Below, in pieces: positions 14,015-25,340 of a stretch of DNA of 64,000 bases. Within the stretch, counting starts at the first letter, position 1. Every line of letters begins with the position of its first letter. A program made the position numbers and the translations under genes. The stretch covers positions 351,850,001 to 351,914,000 of the forward strand of contig OZ024741.1 in NCBI GenBank assembly GCA_964016885.1, in the 5' to 3' direction. The stretch comes from Eledone cirrhosa (Eukaryota). Under the pieces are notes generated by a model that did no database searches, had not been told where the DNA came from, and saw nothing but the letters and a program-made list of their open reading frames with translations.

Positions 14015-15327
14015 ATTGTTATGCTTTGGGAGGGTCATGTTGCCAATAAGAAACACACGCACCAGTTGCTTTCATTCCAATTTATTATAAATTAAATTTA
14101 TAAATTTAAGAATTTATTAATTTCCGGTTGGTTGGTTGGTTGGTTGGTTGGTTCCATAACCGGCCGGTTGTTCATATATTGTCAAAGTTCTTTCGTCACA
14201 CATTCTGTGATCTCTTCAGTGACTGGGAATTCTTTTCTTTGTTTTTGTGCCTCTCCTTTGTTCTGTCCTACGCCATCTAGTTTTTGTGTGTGTTGTGTGC
14301 TTAGTTTGCGCATGTGTTACATCCGGGTGTCTGTGTGTGTTTATATTTGTTTATTTACATGTTACTGGTTGGTTGTTTGTTCTATGTGTGTGTGTGTGTT
14401 TTCATTTTGTCGTTAATTGTAAGTTGTGATGTTGCTATTCCATTCATGTTTTCTATTTAATTTTGGTTGGAGTTCATTTATGTTTATTGCCTCTGTGATT
14501 TGTCTAAACATTGCGTCTTTTCTGTGTGTAGATTCTATTTTTATTTCTATGTTCTTTAATTTGTCCTTATGTTCTATTTTAGCATGTTGGGGGAGTATTG
14601 ATGATTCTTTTTTATCTTGAAGGTCTCGCCAGTGTTCATTTAACCGTTTTCCTATACTACGAGCTGTCTCACCTATGTACACTATATTCTTATCTTTACA
14701 TTGTCCTTCAGTACATCTTATGCTATATACTACATTTCTAGTTTTACAGTTAATATGGGGGCTTAGTTTACAGATTATGCATTTCTTATCTATACAGGGA
14801 GGTCTTTGAAAAGGGTATGTTTTGCGAATAAGTGTTTTTATGGAGGTACCTGGTCTTTCTTCTATCTTAATATTAAGTTTATGTTTATTTAGGGCCCTTC
14901 TAAATTTGTAAGCTAATTCACCTCTAGGGGTTGTATTGATGAACATTACACTCTGGTATTTATTGCTATCATACCATGAGTTTATTCTATTAACCTTATA
15001 ACTAGTTCTTTCTATTCTATTCCAAAATTTGCTCCTATACAAGGGGCAGGTCCCATTTGTATCATTATTTACCATTTTTTCCCATTTGGTTCTGGCTCCC
15101 CTATATACTCTGATGTTATCTTTCTGATTGTAACCAGAGAACTGCATACGGTGGATGAAGTGTTGTATGTGTCTCTCTAGTTCTTTGGGGTTGCACATGC
15201 GGGACACGTTTCTCATCACCCGTACCAAATCCGTAATCAGTATGTTGATTTTGGTGTGATCTGAAACAGCTGAGTTTCGGTGGATCAGATATTTGGAAGT
15301 CATGGGTTTGGCATAATGGGAATGGAG
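14015..15327 (-). mobile_element. Penelope-like element (Nematis-like, tentative): RT C-terminus, Cys linker and GIY-YIG; left arm of a foldback
   Basis: ORF 14413-15303 with CIDKKCIIC linker, NVVYSIRC..C..VYIGETARSIGKRLNEH, QHAKIEH, RQITEA and LNRKHEW. 3' UTR carries an HHR. Confidence 0.92.
14181..14223 (-). ncRNA. Minimal hammerhead in PLE 3' region
   Basis: GTCA CTGAAGA GATCACA GAATG TGTGAC GAAA GAACTT^TGAC. Confidence 0.75.
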
Positions 15328-16449
15328 AACAGTCAGGAATTAGAGAAAAACACCATGGAAAGCATCCAGCAAATAGCTAACTCCATCCACCAGAGTATTA
15401 GTGTTACTATAGACTACCCAAGCAAACACCCCAACCATCGATTACCTGTACTAGACACAGAGCTCTGGTTAGAAACCATTAATAACAAAAAACAAATCCT
15501 CCATTCCCATTATGCCAAACCCATGACTTCCAAATATCTGATCCACCGAAACTCTAATATTAAGATAGTAGAAAGACCAGGTACCTCCATAAAAACACTT
15601 ATTAGCAATACATCACCCTTTTCAAAGACCTCCCTGTATAGATAAGAAATGCATAATCTGTAAACTAAGCCCCCATATTAACTGTAAAACTAGAAATGTA
15701 ATATATAGCATAAGATGTACTGAAGGACAATGTAAAGATAAGAATAAAGTGTACATAGGTGAGACAGCTCGTAGTATAGGAAAACGGTTAAATGAACACT
15801 GGCGAGAACTTCAAGATAAAAAAGAATCATCAATACTCCACCAACATGCTAAAATAGAACATAAGGGCAAATTAGAGAACATAGAAATAAAAATAGAATC
15901 TACACACAGAAAAGACGCAATGTTTAGACAAATCACAGAGGCAATAAACATAAATGAACTCCAACCAAAATTAAATAGAAAACATGAATGGAATAGCAAC
16001 ATCACAACTTACAATTAAGGACAAAATGAAAACACACACACTCACACATAGAACAAACAACCAACCAGTAACATGTAAATAAACAAATATAAACACACAC
16101 AGATACTCGGATGTAACACATGCGCAAACTAACCACGCAACACACACAAAAACAAGACGGCGTAGGACAGAACAAAGAAGAGGCACAAAAACAAAGAAAA
16201 GAATCCCCAGTCACTGAAGAGGTCACAGAATGTGTGACGAAAGAACTTTGACAATATATGAACAACCGTCCGGTTATGGAACCAACCAACCAACCAACCG
16301 GAAATTTATAAATTTAATTTATAATAAATTGGAATGAAAGCAACTGGTGCGTGTGTTTCTTATTGGTAACATGACCCTCCCAAAGCATAACAATATTGGT
16401 TTCAACACACATTTTCAGATAAAGAATCTTGCTAAACAAATTCAGAAAC

Positions 16450-16452
<3 letters not shown>
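15328..16452 (+). mobile_element. Same PLE family in inverted orientation (right arm), with internal deletion and frameshift
   Basis: RT motif RLPVLDTELW joined directly to NIKIVERPG. GIY-YIG ORF at 15749-16018. 3' end ...ATTCAGAAACG abuts (AT)n. Confidence 0.92.
16210..16252 (+). ncRNA. Minimal hammerhead in PLE 3' region
   Basis: GTCA CTGAAGA G GTCACA gaatg TGTGAC GAAA GAACTT^TGAC. Stems I and II are perfect. Confidence 0.8.
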
Positions 16453-16493
<41 letters not shown>

Positions 16494-16509
16494 CATACAC
16501 TCACATATA

Positions 16510-16745
16510 TATATATCCAACTGAATAAGCACATGATATTTTTTTTCTCCAAAATTTTTTTTCTCATTTTCCCTGTTCCTTCCTCTTCTATTTAACTTCT
16601 ATTTCTAACTATCTTCTGATTGAGGACTAGTGTCCGAAACCTTACGACTCTCTTCCTGCTATTTCAAGTGTTAAACTAATATATTTCTTCCGTGTACTGT
16701 GCCATTTGTTTTGTTATTTTTTGTAATTTTTGTTTACCTTTTACA
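16510..16745 (+). mobile_element. Solo Neptune-type PLE 3' terminal repeat with degenerate hammerhead
   Basis: Similar to about 48945-49125. Motif TCTT CTGATTG AGGAC TAGT GTCC GAAAC at 16612-16640. Confidence 0.6.
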
Positions 16746-16754
16746 TACATATAT

Positions 16755-18250
16755 ATAACTGATTAGGGACCAGGTAAATCTAGATGAGATGCAGTTTGGA
16801 TTTATACCAGGCAAAAGCACCGCAGATGCTCGTTTCCTGGTGAAGCAGTTACAGGAAAAGTACCTAGCTAAAAGTAAGCCACTCTATCTTGCATTTGTTG
16901 ATCTGGAAAAAGCTTCTGATTGAGTGCCCCTGGTGGGCTCTGAGAAAACTATGAGTAGATGAGTGACTTGTGAAGGCTGTACAAGTCATGTATAGAGGAG
17001 TAGTCAGCGAAATTAGGATTAACAATGATTACAGTGAGGAATTTAGCATATAGGTTGGCGTCCACCAGGGCTCTGTTCTTAGCCCTCTCCTGTTTATCAT
17101 CGTACTATAAGCTAAAACAGAGGAGTTTAAGACCGGCTGCTCATGGGAATTCCTGTACGTGGATGATCTCACACTCATAGCAGAATCTATGGCGGAACTA
17201 GAGAAAAAATTCCAAACATGGAAGCAAGGCCTAGAAACAAGAGGTCTTAAAGTCAACTTGACAAAGACTAAGGTAAGTAGAAGAGACAACAGAACCCTGA
17301 TCCCCTCAGGGAAATGGCCTTGCTCAGTATGTAGGAAAAGTGTAGGTAGAAATTTCCATCCTATGCCCCAAATGCAAACTATGGGTATAAAAGAGATATA
17401 GTGAGATCTCAGGAAATTTAACTAAGAATGTAGGTTTTATATGTAGCAGTTGCACCGGGACAGTAAACAGCAAACGACCACAGGAAACAAGCGCTATAAA
17501 ATTCTGGAAAGGCTTGGTAGAAACAGTAGACAGCTTCCGCTACCTGGGTGACCAAATTAGCAGCGGATGTGGGTGTTCTGAAAGACAGTAGCCAGAATAA
17601 GAATAGGATGGAAGAAGTTCAGCGAGCTACTACCACTGCTAGCTAAAAAAGGCTTTTCCTTCAAAATAAAAGGCAGACTGTATGATGCATGCATACAAAC
17701 AGCAATATTGCATGGTAGTGAAACCTGAGCGCTGAGTGCAGAAGACTTACATAGATTAAAAAGAAATGAAGCTTGCATGCTCTGATAGATGTGTAATAGT
17801 AATATGTGATGTGTATGAAGGATAGCAGCTGTATAAAAAGGTGCAGAGTGCTCAAAATTGATGGAAGCCATGGAGTGGGGAGACCCAGGAAGACTTGGGA
17901 CGAGGTAATAAAAGTTGACCATGCCTAATTGCACTTCTCAAAGGCAATGACACAGGACCGCAATCTCTGGCATTACGCAGTAATACAGAAGACCCGACTT
18001 CCCGGCCGAAGATGAAGCATATGTATAATATGTACCACCATCCACTCCCATACATACATCCAGTGAATCCTCCAGCCCACACTGTAAAGTGGTCATGATG
18101 GTGACACGACAAAAAGCGGCCAGCCCACACTATAACGTGGATGTGATGGCGACACGACAAAAAGCACCCAGTCCCCACTGTAAAGTGGTTGTGATGGCAA
18201 CACGACAAAAAGCACCTAGCCCACACTGCAAAGTGGTCATGACGGTCATA
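16755..18250 (+). pseudogene. Decayed RTE LINE (RT to 3' UTR) with four tandem ~51-bp 3' UTR modules
   Basis: Same RT motifs with stops and frameshifts. CAGCCCACACTGTAAAGTGG...CACGACAAAAAGCACC is repeated at 18073-18245. Confidence 0.9.
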
Positions 18251-19030
18251 AGAAAGAAGACAGGAAGGTGATACTATCAGGAAATTGGCCTTGTTTGATA
18301 TGGCAGAAAAGGGTGGGCAGAAATTCCTAAGGTGCACACAATGTAAATTATGGATGCACAAGAAATGTAGTAGGATTGCAGGAAAGCTAACGGAAAAAAA
18401 TAGACTTTATATGTGGCAGAGGCACAGGGGAAGTAAGCACAAAGAGCACACACAAACTAGATTCCCTCAGCTGCCAGGGGATCTCCATAGAAGTTATTGA
18501 TAGCTTTTGGTACCTAGGCAAACAAATTAATAGTTGGGGAGGATGTGTTGAAAGTGAAATAGTTAAGATAAGGACAGATGAAGAAGTTTATAGATCTATT
18601 ATGGCTTCTAAGAACAAAATGCTTTTCTCTCAGAGTGAAGGGTAGACTGCATGATGTATGTGAGCGAACTGCAATGTTACATGGGAGGAAAACATGGCCC
18701 TTGACTGCAGAAGACCTGCAGAGGCTAGGAAGAAATGTGTTGAGTATACTCTGAGTGCATGAGTGACATAGCATGAGAAAACTGAGAGAAAAACTTGGCA
18801 TAAGAGGATGTAGTGTGCGAGAGAGAAGACGGCGTTGGTATGGACATGTGATGTGCATGGAAGGTAATAGCTGCATAAAAAAATGCAGAAACACCCTAGT
18901 TGTTGGAACCCATGGAAAAGGTTGACCCTGGAAGACTTGGGATGAAGTTTTTTTACTTTAAAAAACTAAACCTCACAACAGAAATAACTAAAGATCGTGA
19001 GGGCTGACACTATGTGGTGCTGAAGACCCA
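18250..19030 (+). pseudogene. Older decayed RTE fragment (Zn finger to C-terminus)
   Basis: CTQCKLWMHKKCSRIAGKL, RRRRWYGHVMCM and PWKTWDEV. Confidence 0.85.
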
Positions 19031-19339
19031 ACCTGCAACATATAATGTAGCCTGAGCCAAGAAAAAAATATGCAAAGAGGTTGGAGAGGGGAAGGGAAGA
19101 TGTAGATATGTACCTAGGCTACCACTATTAATACTATTATAATTACTGTTAGTATTACTATTATTGTTATTACTTTACTCCAGCATGATATTTTTTTTCC
19201 TAGTATACATATCTTTTTTACTGTATGTTTATATTTTCTAGTGTATTTTTTTAATTTTATTGTATATGCTCTCGGGCATCATAATCCTATTTGCATCTAT
19301 ACTCATATCTACCAGAATTATTACCACATAACTTGGCCA

Positions 19340-19517
19340 CGGCAGTATCAGTAAAGGGTCGGACGCCATGCTTTGCAGCACAGTTACGTCCCTTTACGGA
19401 CTGAGTTCAAATCCCGCCGAGGTTAACTTTGCCTTTCATCCTTACGGGTCGATAAAATAAAGTACCAATAATGCACTGGTTGATTGCTGGCCTTGTGCCA
19501 AAAGTAGAAACAATTAT
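19340..19517 (+). mobile_element. MetaSINE-like tRNA-derived SINE
   Basis: B-box GAGTTCAAATCC, Meta-like core GCCTTTCATCCTTACGGGTCGATAAAATAAAGTACC, tail GGCCTTGTGCCAAAAGTAGAAAC. Confidence 0.85.
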
Positions 19518-20189
19518 ATTTTTTATATCACATTTTATACATTTCCCTTATTCCATGTTGTACCTTAATTCCATTTAATCTCTCCTGGGATTTGTGTATA
19601 TATATGTATTTGTTTATATTTATCATTTTTATTTTCACTTAGTCTTACTTTTATCTTTACAGTCTATCACCTAAATGACCCCAAAATACAGGACATTCTT
19701 TTTACTACCCATCTGCCCTTGGTCCCCTCTCCTCTGCTTCCCTATCACTTCTTATCATTCCTTAAATCTTGCCCCCACCTTTTCATCACCACAATCTGTC
19801 CCCTATTAAAATGGTCAACATTTCACTCCATTCTCACCTTTATCACAGGATGTATCCCACCACTATTCATTCATTATTCTCAATCCCTGTATTCTTTCTA
19901 CATCTTCATTTCCCTTCCCCTCTCCCATTTCTTCACATATTTTTTCTTCCCAAAACAACCAATAAAAACAAAGAACAACTGTCTACCCCAAATGAAAGAG
20001 AATATATGTTTTTTAAAGCTGTTTGCTAAACATTCCCTCATTAAGCAAATGGAAGTCTGATGAACTTCTGATTCAGACCAAGTCTGACCCGATCCCTAGA
20101 GATCGAACTTTGAGCTGATCAATAGCAAAACACATGTCACACTTGAATAAACTTAATGATAATTAGAAGTCTTGTCTCTACTTATTGTT

Positions 20190-20465
20190 ACTATATATAT
20201 ATGTGGATATATATGCATATGTATATATAAATATGTTTATGAATATGCATATAGATATACATTCATACATATATATATATACATATATATATACATTCAT
20301 ATATATATATATACATATATATATACATTCATATATATATATATACATATATATATACATACATATATATATATACATTCATATATATATATACATTCAT
20401 ATATATATACATTGATATATATATACATTGATATATATATACATTCATATATATATATATATACA

Positions 20466-20503
<38 letters not shown>

Positions 20504-20545
20504 TATATACATTCATATATATATATATATATACATATATATATA
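20190..20545. repeat. Compound (TA)n / TACATTCA(TA)n microsatellite
   Basis: Directly visible. Confidence 0.95.
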
Positions 20546-20546
20546 C

Positions 20547-20895
20547 GGGGGCACACGGCTTAGTGGTTAAAGCATTGGCCTTGCAATCGAAAGGTTGTGA
20601 GTTCAATTCTCAGACCGGGTGATGCGTTGTTTCCTTTATTTCACATTGCTCCAGTTTGCTCAGCTGTAGAAATGAGATGATAGGGACTGGGGTCCATATC
20701 ATTCCACTGCAAAGTGGTCGTGGAGGTGCCACGGCAAAAAAGCACCCAGCACTCACTGTAAACGAGGTTGGTGTTAGGAAGGGCATCGAGCTGTAGAAAT
20801 CAAGCCAGTATCAGTTCCCGTCCCACCCTTGCAAGCAGGGAAAAGTGGACGTAAAATGAAATGATGATGATGAATGATGATGATGATGATGATGA
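20547..20895 (+). mobile_element. Young CORE-type SINE with RTE-derived 3' tail
   Basis: tRNA head (GGCTTAGTGG; GAGTTCAATTC), partial core, tail nearly identical to the RTE subfamily B 3' UTR module, ending in (GAT)n. Confidence 0.9.
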
Positions 20896-20967
20896 TACAT
20901 TCATATATATATATATATATATATTTTGACTGTTCTCAAGTCCAGCAGTTTCAAGCGGTGGGAGGGA

Positions 20968-21009
20968 CCATCCTGATGAAGGCCAGGCAAGCCTAAAATG
21001 CATAGATAG
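20968..21009 (+). ncRNA. Degenerate minimal hammerhead (GAAA mutated to AAAA)
   Basis: CCATC CTGATGA AGGC caggcaa GCCT AAAA TGCA TA^GATAG. Palindromic stem III ATGCAT. Confidence 0.55.
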
Positions 21010-21676
21010 TTGTCCCCCTTGCTTCTGCTGGTCACCACTAGAGGGTGTTAGCCCAGGTGTTTGCATAGCTATGGCTTCCTAAAACTGCGTTCCTTTTGAA
21101 ATACAAAATTTATATATATATATATGTGTATACACACACATACACATGTTTATGTATATATATATGCCAGATAAACCTATACGAGTGAGACACGGTCACC
21201 CGACCAATCTTGCCTCAAGTGGGACAACTCCCGTCTAACCCATGCTAGCGTGGAAGATAGACGTTAAACAACGATGATGATATATATATATATGTAGAGA
21301 CATATATTTGTTTTGCAAGGTTTCTGATATGAAATCGTGTGTCGCCCACATATACATATATATATAAACATATATACATATACACACATATATATACATA
21401 AACTTAAGAAAATTAACAAAGCGAGGACAAGACAAACAAGGCAAAACAAAAAACAATTTTTTAAGGGGAAACCTTAAAAAATTATTTAAAAAAATAAAAA
21501 TATGAAAGAAGGACACAGAAGTCCAGGGTCTTTGGCCAATGAGATGAGCTTTGGCAGTTTCGACCCCATACCAATGGTACTGCTGGTCCACCCAGGATCA
21601 CAGTGTCTGACACAAGCCAAACGCTGTCCAGTGGAGTAAGAAACAAGAGATAGAACATTATTTATAGCAATTAAGC

Positions 21677-21852
21677 ATTAGCAGTATCGGTAGAAGGTCG
21701 GACGCCATGCTTTCCAGCATAGTTACGTCCCTTTACGATCTGAGTTCAAATCCCGCCGAGGTTGACTTTGCCTTTCATCCTTACGGGGTCGATAAAATAA
21801 AGTACCAGTAATGCACTGAGTAATTGCTGGCCTTGTGCCTAAAGTAGAAACA
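21677..21852 (+). mobile_element. MetaSINE-like copy with 20-bp target-site duplication
   Basis: ATTATTTATAGCAATTAAGC at 21657-21676 and 21853-21872. Confidence 0.9.
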
Positions 21853-22080
21853 ATTATTTATAGCAATTAAGCTACAACAAATACACATACAAATATATAA
21901 ATATACATACATACAAATATAAACATATGTATGTATACATATATGTACATATGTATGTATACATATATGTACATATATATATATATCGTCATGTACATAC
22001 ATACATACACACATATACATATATATATATATACACACATATACGTATACATATATATATACACACACATATACGTATAC

Positions 22081-22113
<33 letters not shown>

Positions 22114-22180
22114 TATATACACACACACACGTATACATATATATATATATATACACACACACATATATATACACACACAC

Positions 22181-24800
22181 ACGACCTCACGGTCAGAACT
22201 AGACGAGCCCTGAAACAGAGGCCAACCTGGAGAAGAAAGATCTGGAAGCTGAAAGTCCCCTCAACCAGTAACAGATTTAAAGATATTTTACTCAACGCCT
22301 ACGACAGTAAAGAAGAACAGATAGAGACATTTAACGTAGAAGAGAACTGGGAGTTCCTAAAAAATAACTTACTAGAGGCGACGGATGAGGTTTGTGGCTG
22401 GAGTAAGACCTCAAGCAGGAGGAGAGTGACTTGGTGGTGGAACAATAAAGTAGATGAAGCAGTCAAGGCCAAGAGACAGGCATGGAAAGAATGGAAGAAC
22501 GGGGGGAGCAGGGTACATTACATAGAGACCAAGAGGGAAGCTAGGCGACAAGTATACTTAGCTAGGAGGGAAGCAGAGGATAGAAAATTCAAGCATGTTT
22601 TACAACGTGAGGACCAGAAACAGGAGGTATTCAAGATTGCGAGGCAGTGTGTCAGAGATAGTTGTGATGTCATTGGAGAGAAGTGTATCCGGAATGATAA
22701 AGGTGAGCTTGCCCTCACAAGTGCTGAGAAGAAAGATGCATGGAAGAGTCATTATGATAGATTACTAAATGAGGAGAATGCATGGGAAGAAGAGACCCTA
22801 CCCCACGTAGACCCTATAGAGGGACCAGCAGTACAAGTCAGCGGCAGCGTAGTAAGTAAGGCAATCAGAGATATGAAGATAGGGAAGGCAACCGGTCCAT
22901 CGGGTATAGCTGCCGAGATGCTGAAGGCATCTGGGTCTGTAGGTCACACTATAACCACACGTATCGTTAACCAGGTAATACTAGAGGGGGCCATACCAAA
23001 AGATTGGTGCAGTAGCATCATTGTCAACTGCTACAAAGGTAAAGGCGATGCACTAGATAGAGGAAACTATAGAGGTATAAAGTTGATGGACCAGGTCATG
23101 AAAGTAACAGAAAGAGTTATAGCACAGCTGATTAGGGACCGGGTGAATATAGACGAGATGCAATTTGGGTTTGTTCCAGGGAAAGGCACCACTGATGCGC
23201 TCTTCCTTGTGAGGCAATTACAGGAAAAGTACCTAGCTAAAAGTAAGCCACTCTACTTGGCATTTGTCGACCTTGAGAAAGCCTTTGACAGAGTTCCACG
23301 TGCAGTAATCTGGTGGGCTCTTAGAAAACTAGGAGTAGATGAATGGCTTGTGAAAGCGGTACAAGCCATGTATAGGGGAGCAGTCAGCAAAGTTAGGATT
23401 GGCAATGAGTATAGCGAGGAATTTAGCGTACAGGTTGGGGTCCACCAGGGCTCTGTTCTTAGCCCTCTCCTGTTCATCATAGTCCTGCAGGCAATAACGG
23501 AGGAGTTTAAGACCGGATGCCCATGGGAACTCCTGTATGCTGATGACCTCGCACTCATAGCTGAATCTATGGTAGAACTAGAGAATAAATTCCAAACCTG
23601 GAAGCAGGGACTAGAGAGAAAGGGCCTCAAAGTCAACATGACAAAGACTAAGGTCCTTATAAGTAGACGAGAAAACAGAACCCAGATCCCCTCAGGGAAA
23701 TGGCCTTGCTCAGTATGTAGGAAAGGTGTAGGTAGGAACTCCATTCTTTGCCCCAAATGCAAACAATGGGTACACAAGAGATGTAGCGGGATCTCAGGAA
23801 GCTTAATTAAGAATGTAGGATTCACATGCAGCAGCTGTGCTGAAACAGCAAGCAAACAGCCACAGGAAACAAGTACCACCAATCTCTGGGAGGGCCCTGT
23901 AGAAACAGTAGACAGCTTCTGCTACCTAGGTGACCGAATTAGCAACGGAGGTGGGTGCTCAGAAAGTACAATAACTAGGGTAAGAACGGGATGGAAGAAG
24001 TTTAGGGAACTACTACCACTGCTAGCTGCAAAAGGCTTCTCCCTCAGAATGAAAGGCAGACTGTATGATGCGTGTATCCGAACAGCGATGTTGCATGGTA
24101 GTGAGACCTGGGCGCTGAAGGTGGAAGACTTACGTAGATTAGAGAGAAACGAAGCCTGCATGCTCCGATGGATGTGTAACAGTAATATACGTGAACGACA
24201 AAGCATAAATGAATTGAGAGAGAGACTGAGCATAAGAGGAATCAAATGCTGCGTGCAGGAGAGGCGGTTACGCTGGTATGGACATGTGATGCGTATGAAG
24301 GATGACAGCTGCATAAAAAGGTGCAGAGCACTAGAAGTTGATGGAAACCGCGGAGTGGGGAGACCCAAGATGACTTGGGATGAGGTGATAAAAGCCGACC
24401 TTACCCAACTACACCTCTCAAAGTCAATGACACACGACCGTGACTTCTGGCGTCACGCAGTAATACAGGGTACCCGACCTCCCATGGGTACATGCTGAAG
24501 CATATAAACAATATGCCCCCCCCCCCCCCCACCGCAAGGTGGTCGTGGAGGTGCCACGGCAAAAAAAGCACCCAGCCCACACTGTAAAGTGGACGTGTAG
24601 GCGCCACGAAAAAGCACCCAGCACTCACTGTAAATGAGGTTGGTGTTAGGAAGGGCATCCAGCTGTAGAAATCAAGCCAGATCAGTTCCTGTATGAGCAA
24701 GGCATGGTCAGCCGACCAGACACTGCCCACAACAGGACAACCCGTCTAACCCATGCTAGCGTGGAAGAACGGACGTAAAACGGTGATGATGATGATGATG
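22181..24800 (+). mobile_element. 5'-truncated RTE LINE, subfamily B; ORF open from 22181 to 24498
   Basis: Post-endonuclease linker (TWWWNNKV), complete RT motifs, C4HC3 insert, 3' UTR modules and (GAT)n tail. The upstream part of the predicted 855-aa ORF is microsatellite. Confidence 0.95.
23707..23838 (+). other. PHD-like C4HC3 zinc finger inserted inside the RT
   Basis: CSVC-x10-CPKC-x4-H-x2-C-x14-CSSC located between YADD and FCYLG. Confidence 0.85.
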
Positions 24801-24807
24801 ACACACA

Positions 24808-25147
24808 TGGAGGCACATGGCTTAGTGGTTAGAGCATTGGCCTTGCAATCGAAAGGTTGTGAGTTCAATTCTCAGACCAGGTGATGTGTTGTTTCCTTGA
24901 GCAAGACACTTTATTTCACATTGCTCCAGTTTACTCAGCTGTAGAAATGAGATGATAGGGACTGGGGTCCCTATCATTCCACTGCAAAGTGGTCGTGGAG
25001 GTGCCACGGCAAAAAAGCACCCAGCACTCACTGTAAATGAGGTTGGTGTTAGGAAGGGCATCCAGCTGTAGAAATCAAGCCAGAATCAGTTCCCGTCCCA
25101 CCCTTGCAAGCAGGGAAAAGTGGACGTAAAATGAAATGATGATGATG
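24808..25147 (+). mobile_element. Young CORE-type SINE with RTE-derived tail, directly after the LINE tail
   Basis: A-box TGGCTTAGTGG, B-box GAGTTCAATTC, core CCTTGAGCAAGACACTT..CAGCTGTAGAAATGAG, tail shared with 24530-24690. Confidence 0.9.
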
Positions 25148-25172
25148 AAATGACACAAATACATATATATAT

Positions 25173-25203
<31 letters not shown>

Positions 25204-25290
25204 CACACACATATATATACACACACACACACGTATACATATATATACACACACACGTATACATATATATATATACACACACACACACAC

Positions 25291-25340
<50 letters not shown>

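Noticed and set aside
18073-18245. CRISPR-like regular repeats
   Set aside because: Eukaryotic context, no unique spacers and no cas genes; these are LINE 3' UTR modules.
20050-20120. CTGATGA followed by small hairpins
   Set aside because: No GAAA in register and no stem I / cleavage-site arrangement.
24808-24885. tRNA gene candidates at SINE heads (also 10549, 20547 and 37595)
   Set aside because: A- and B-boxes are present but there is no complete cloverleaf, and they run straight into SINE cores.
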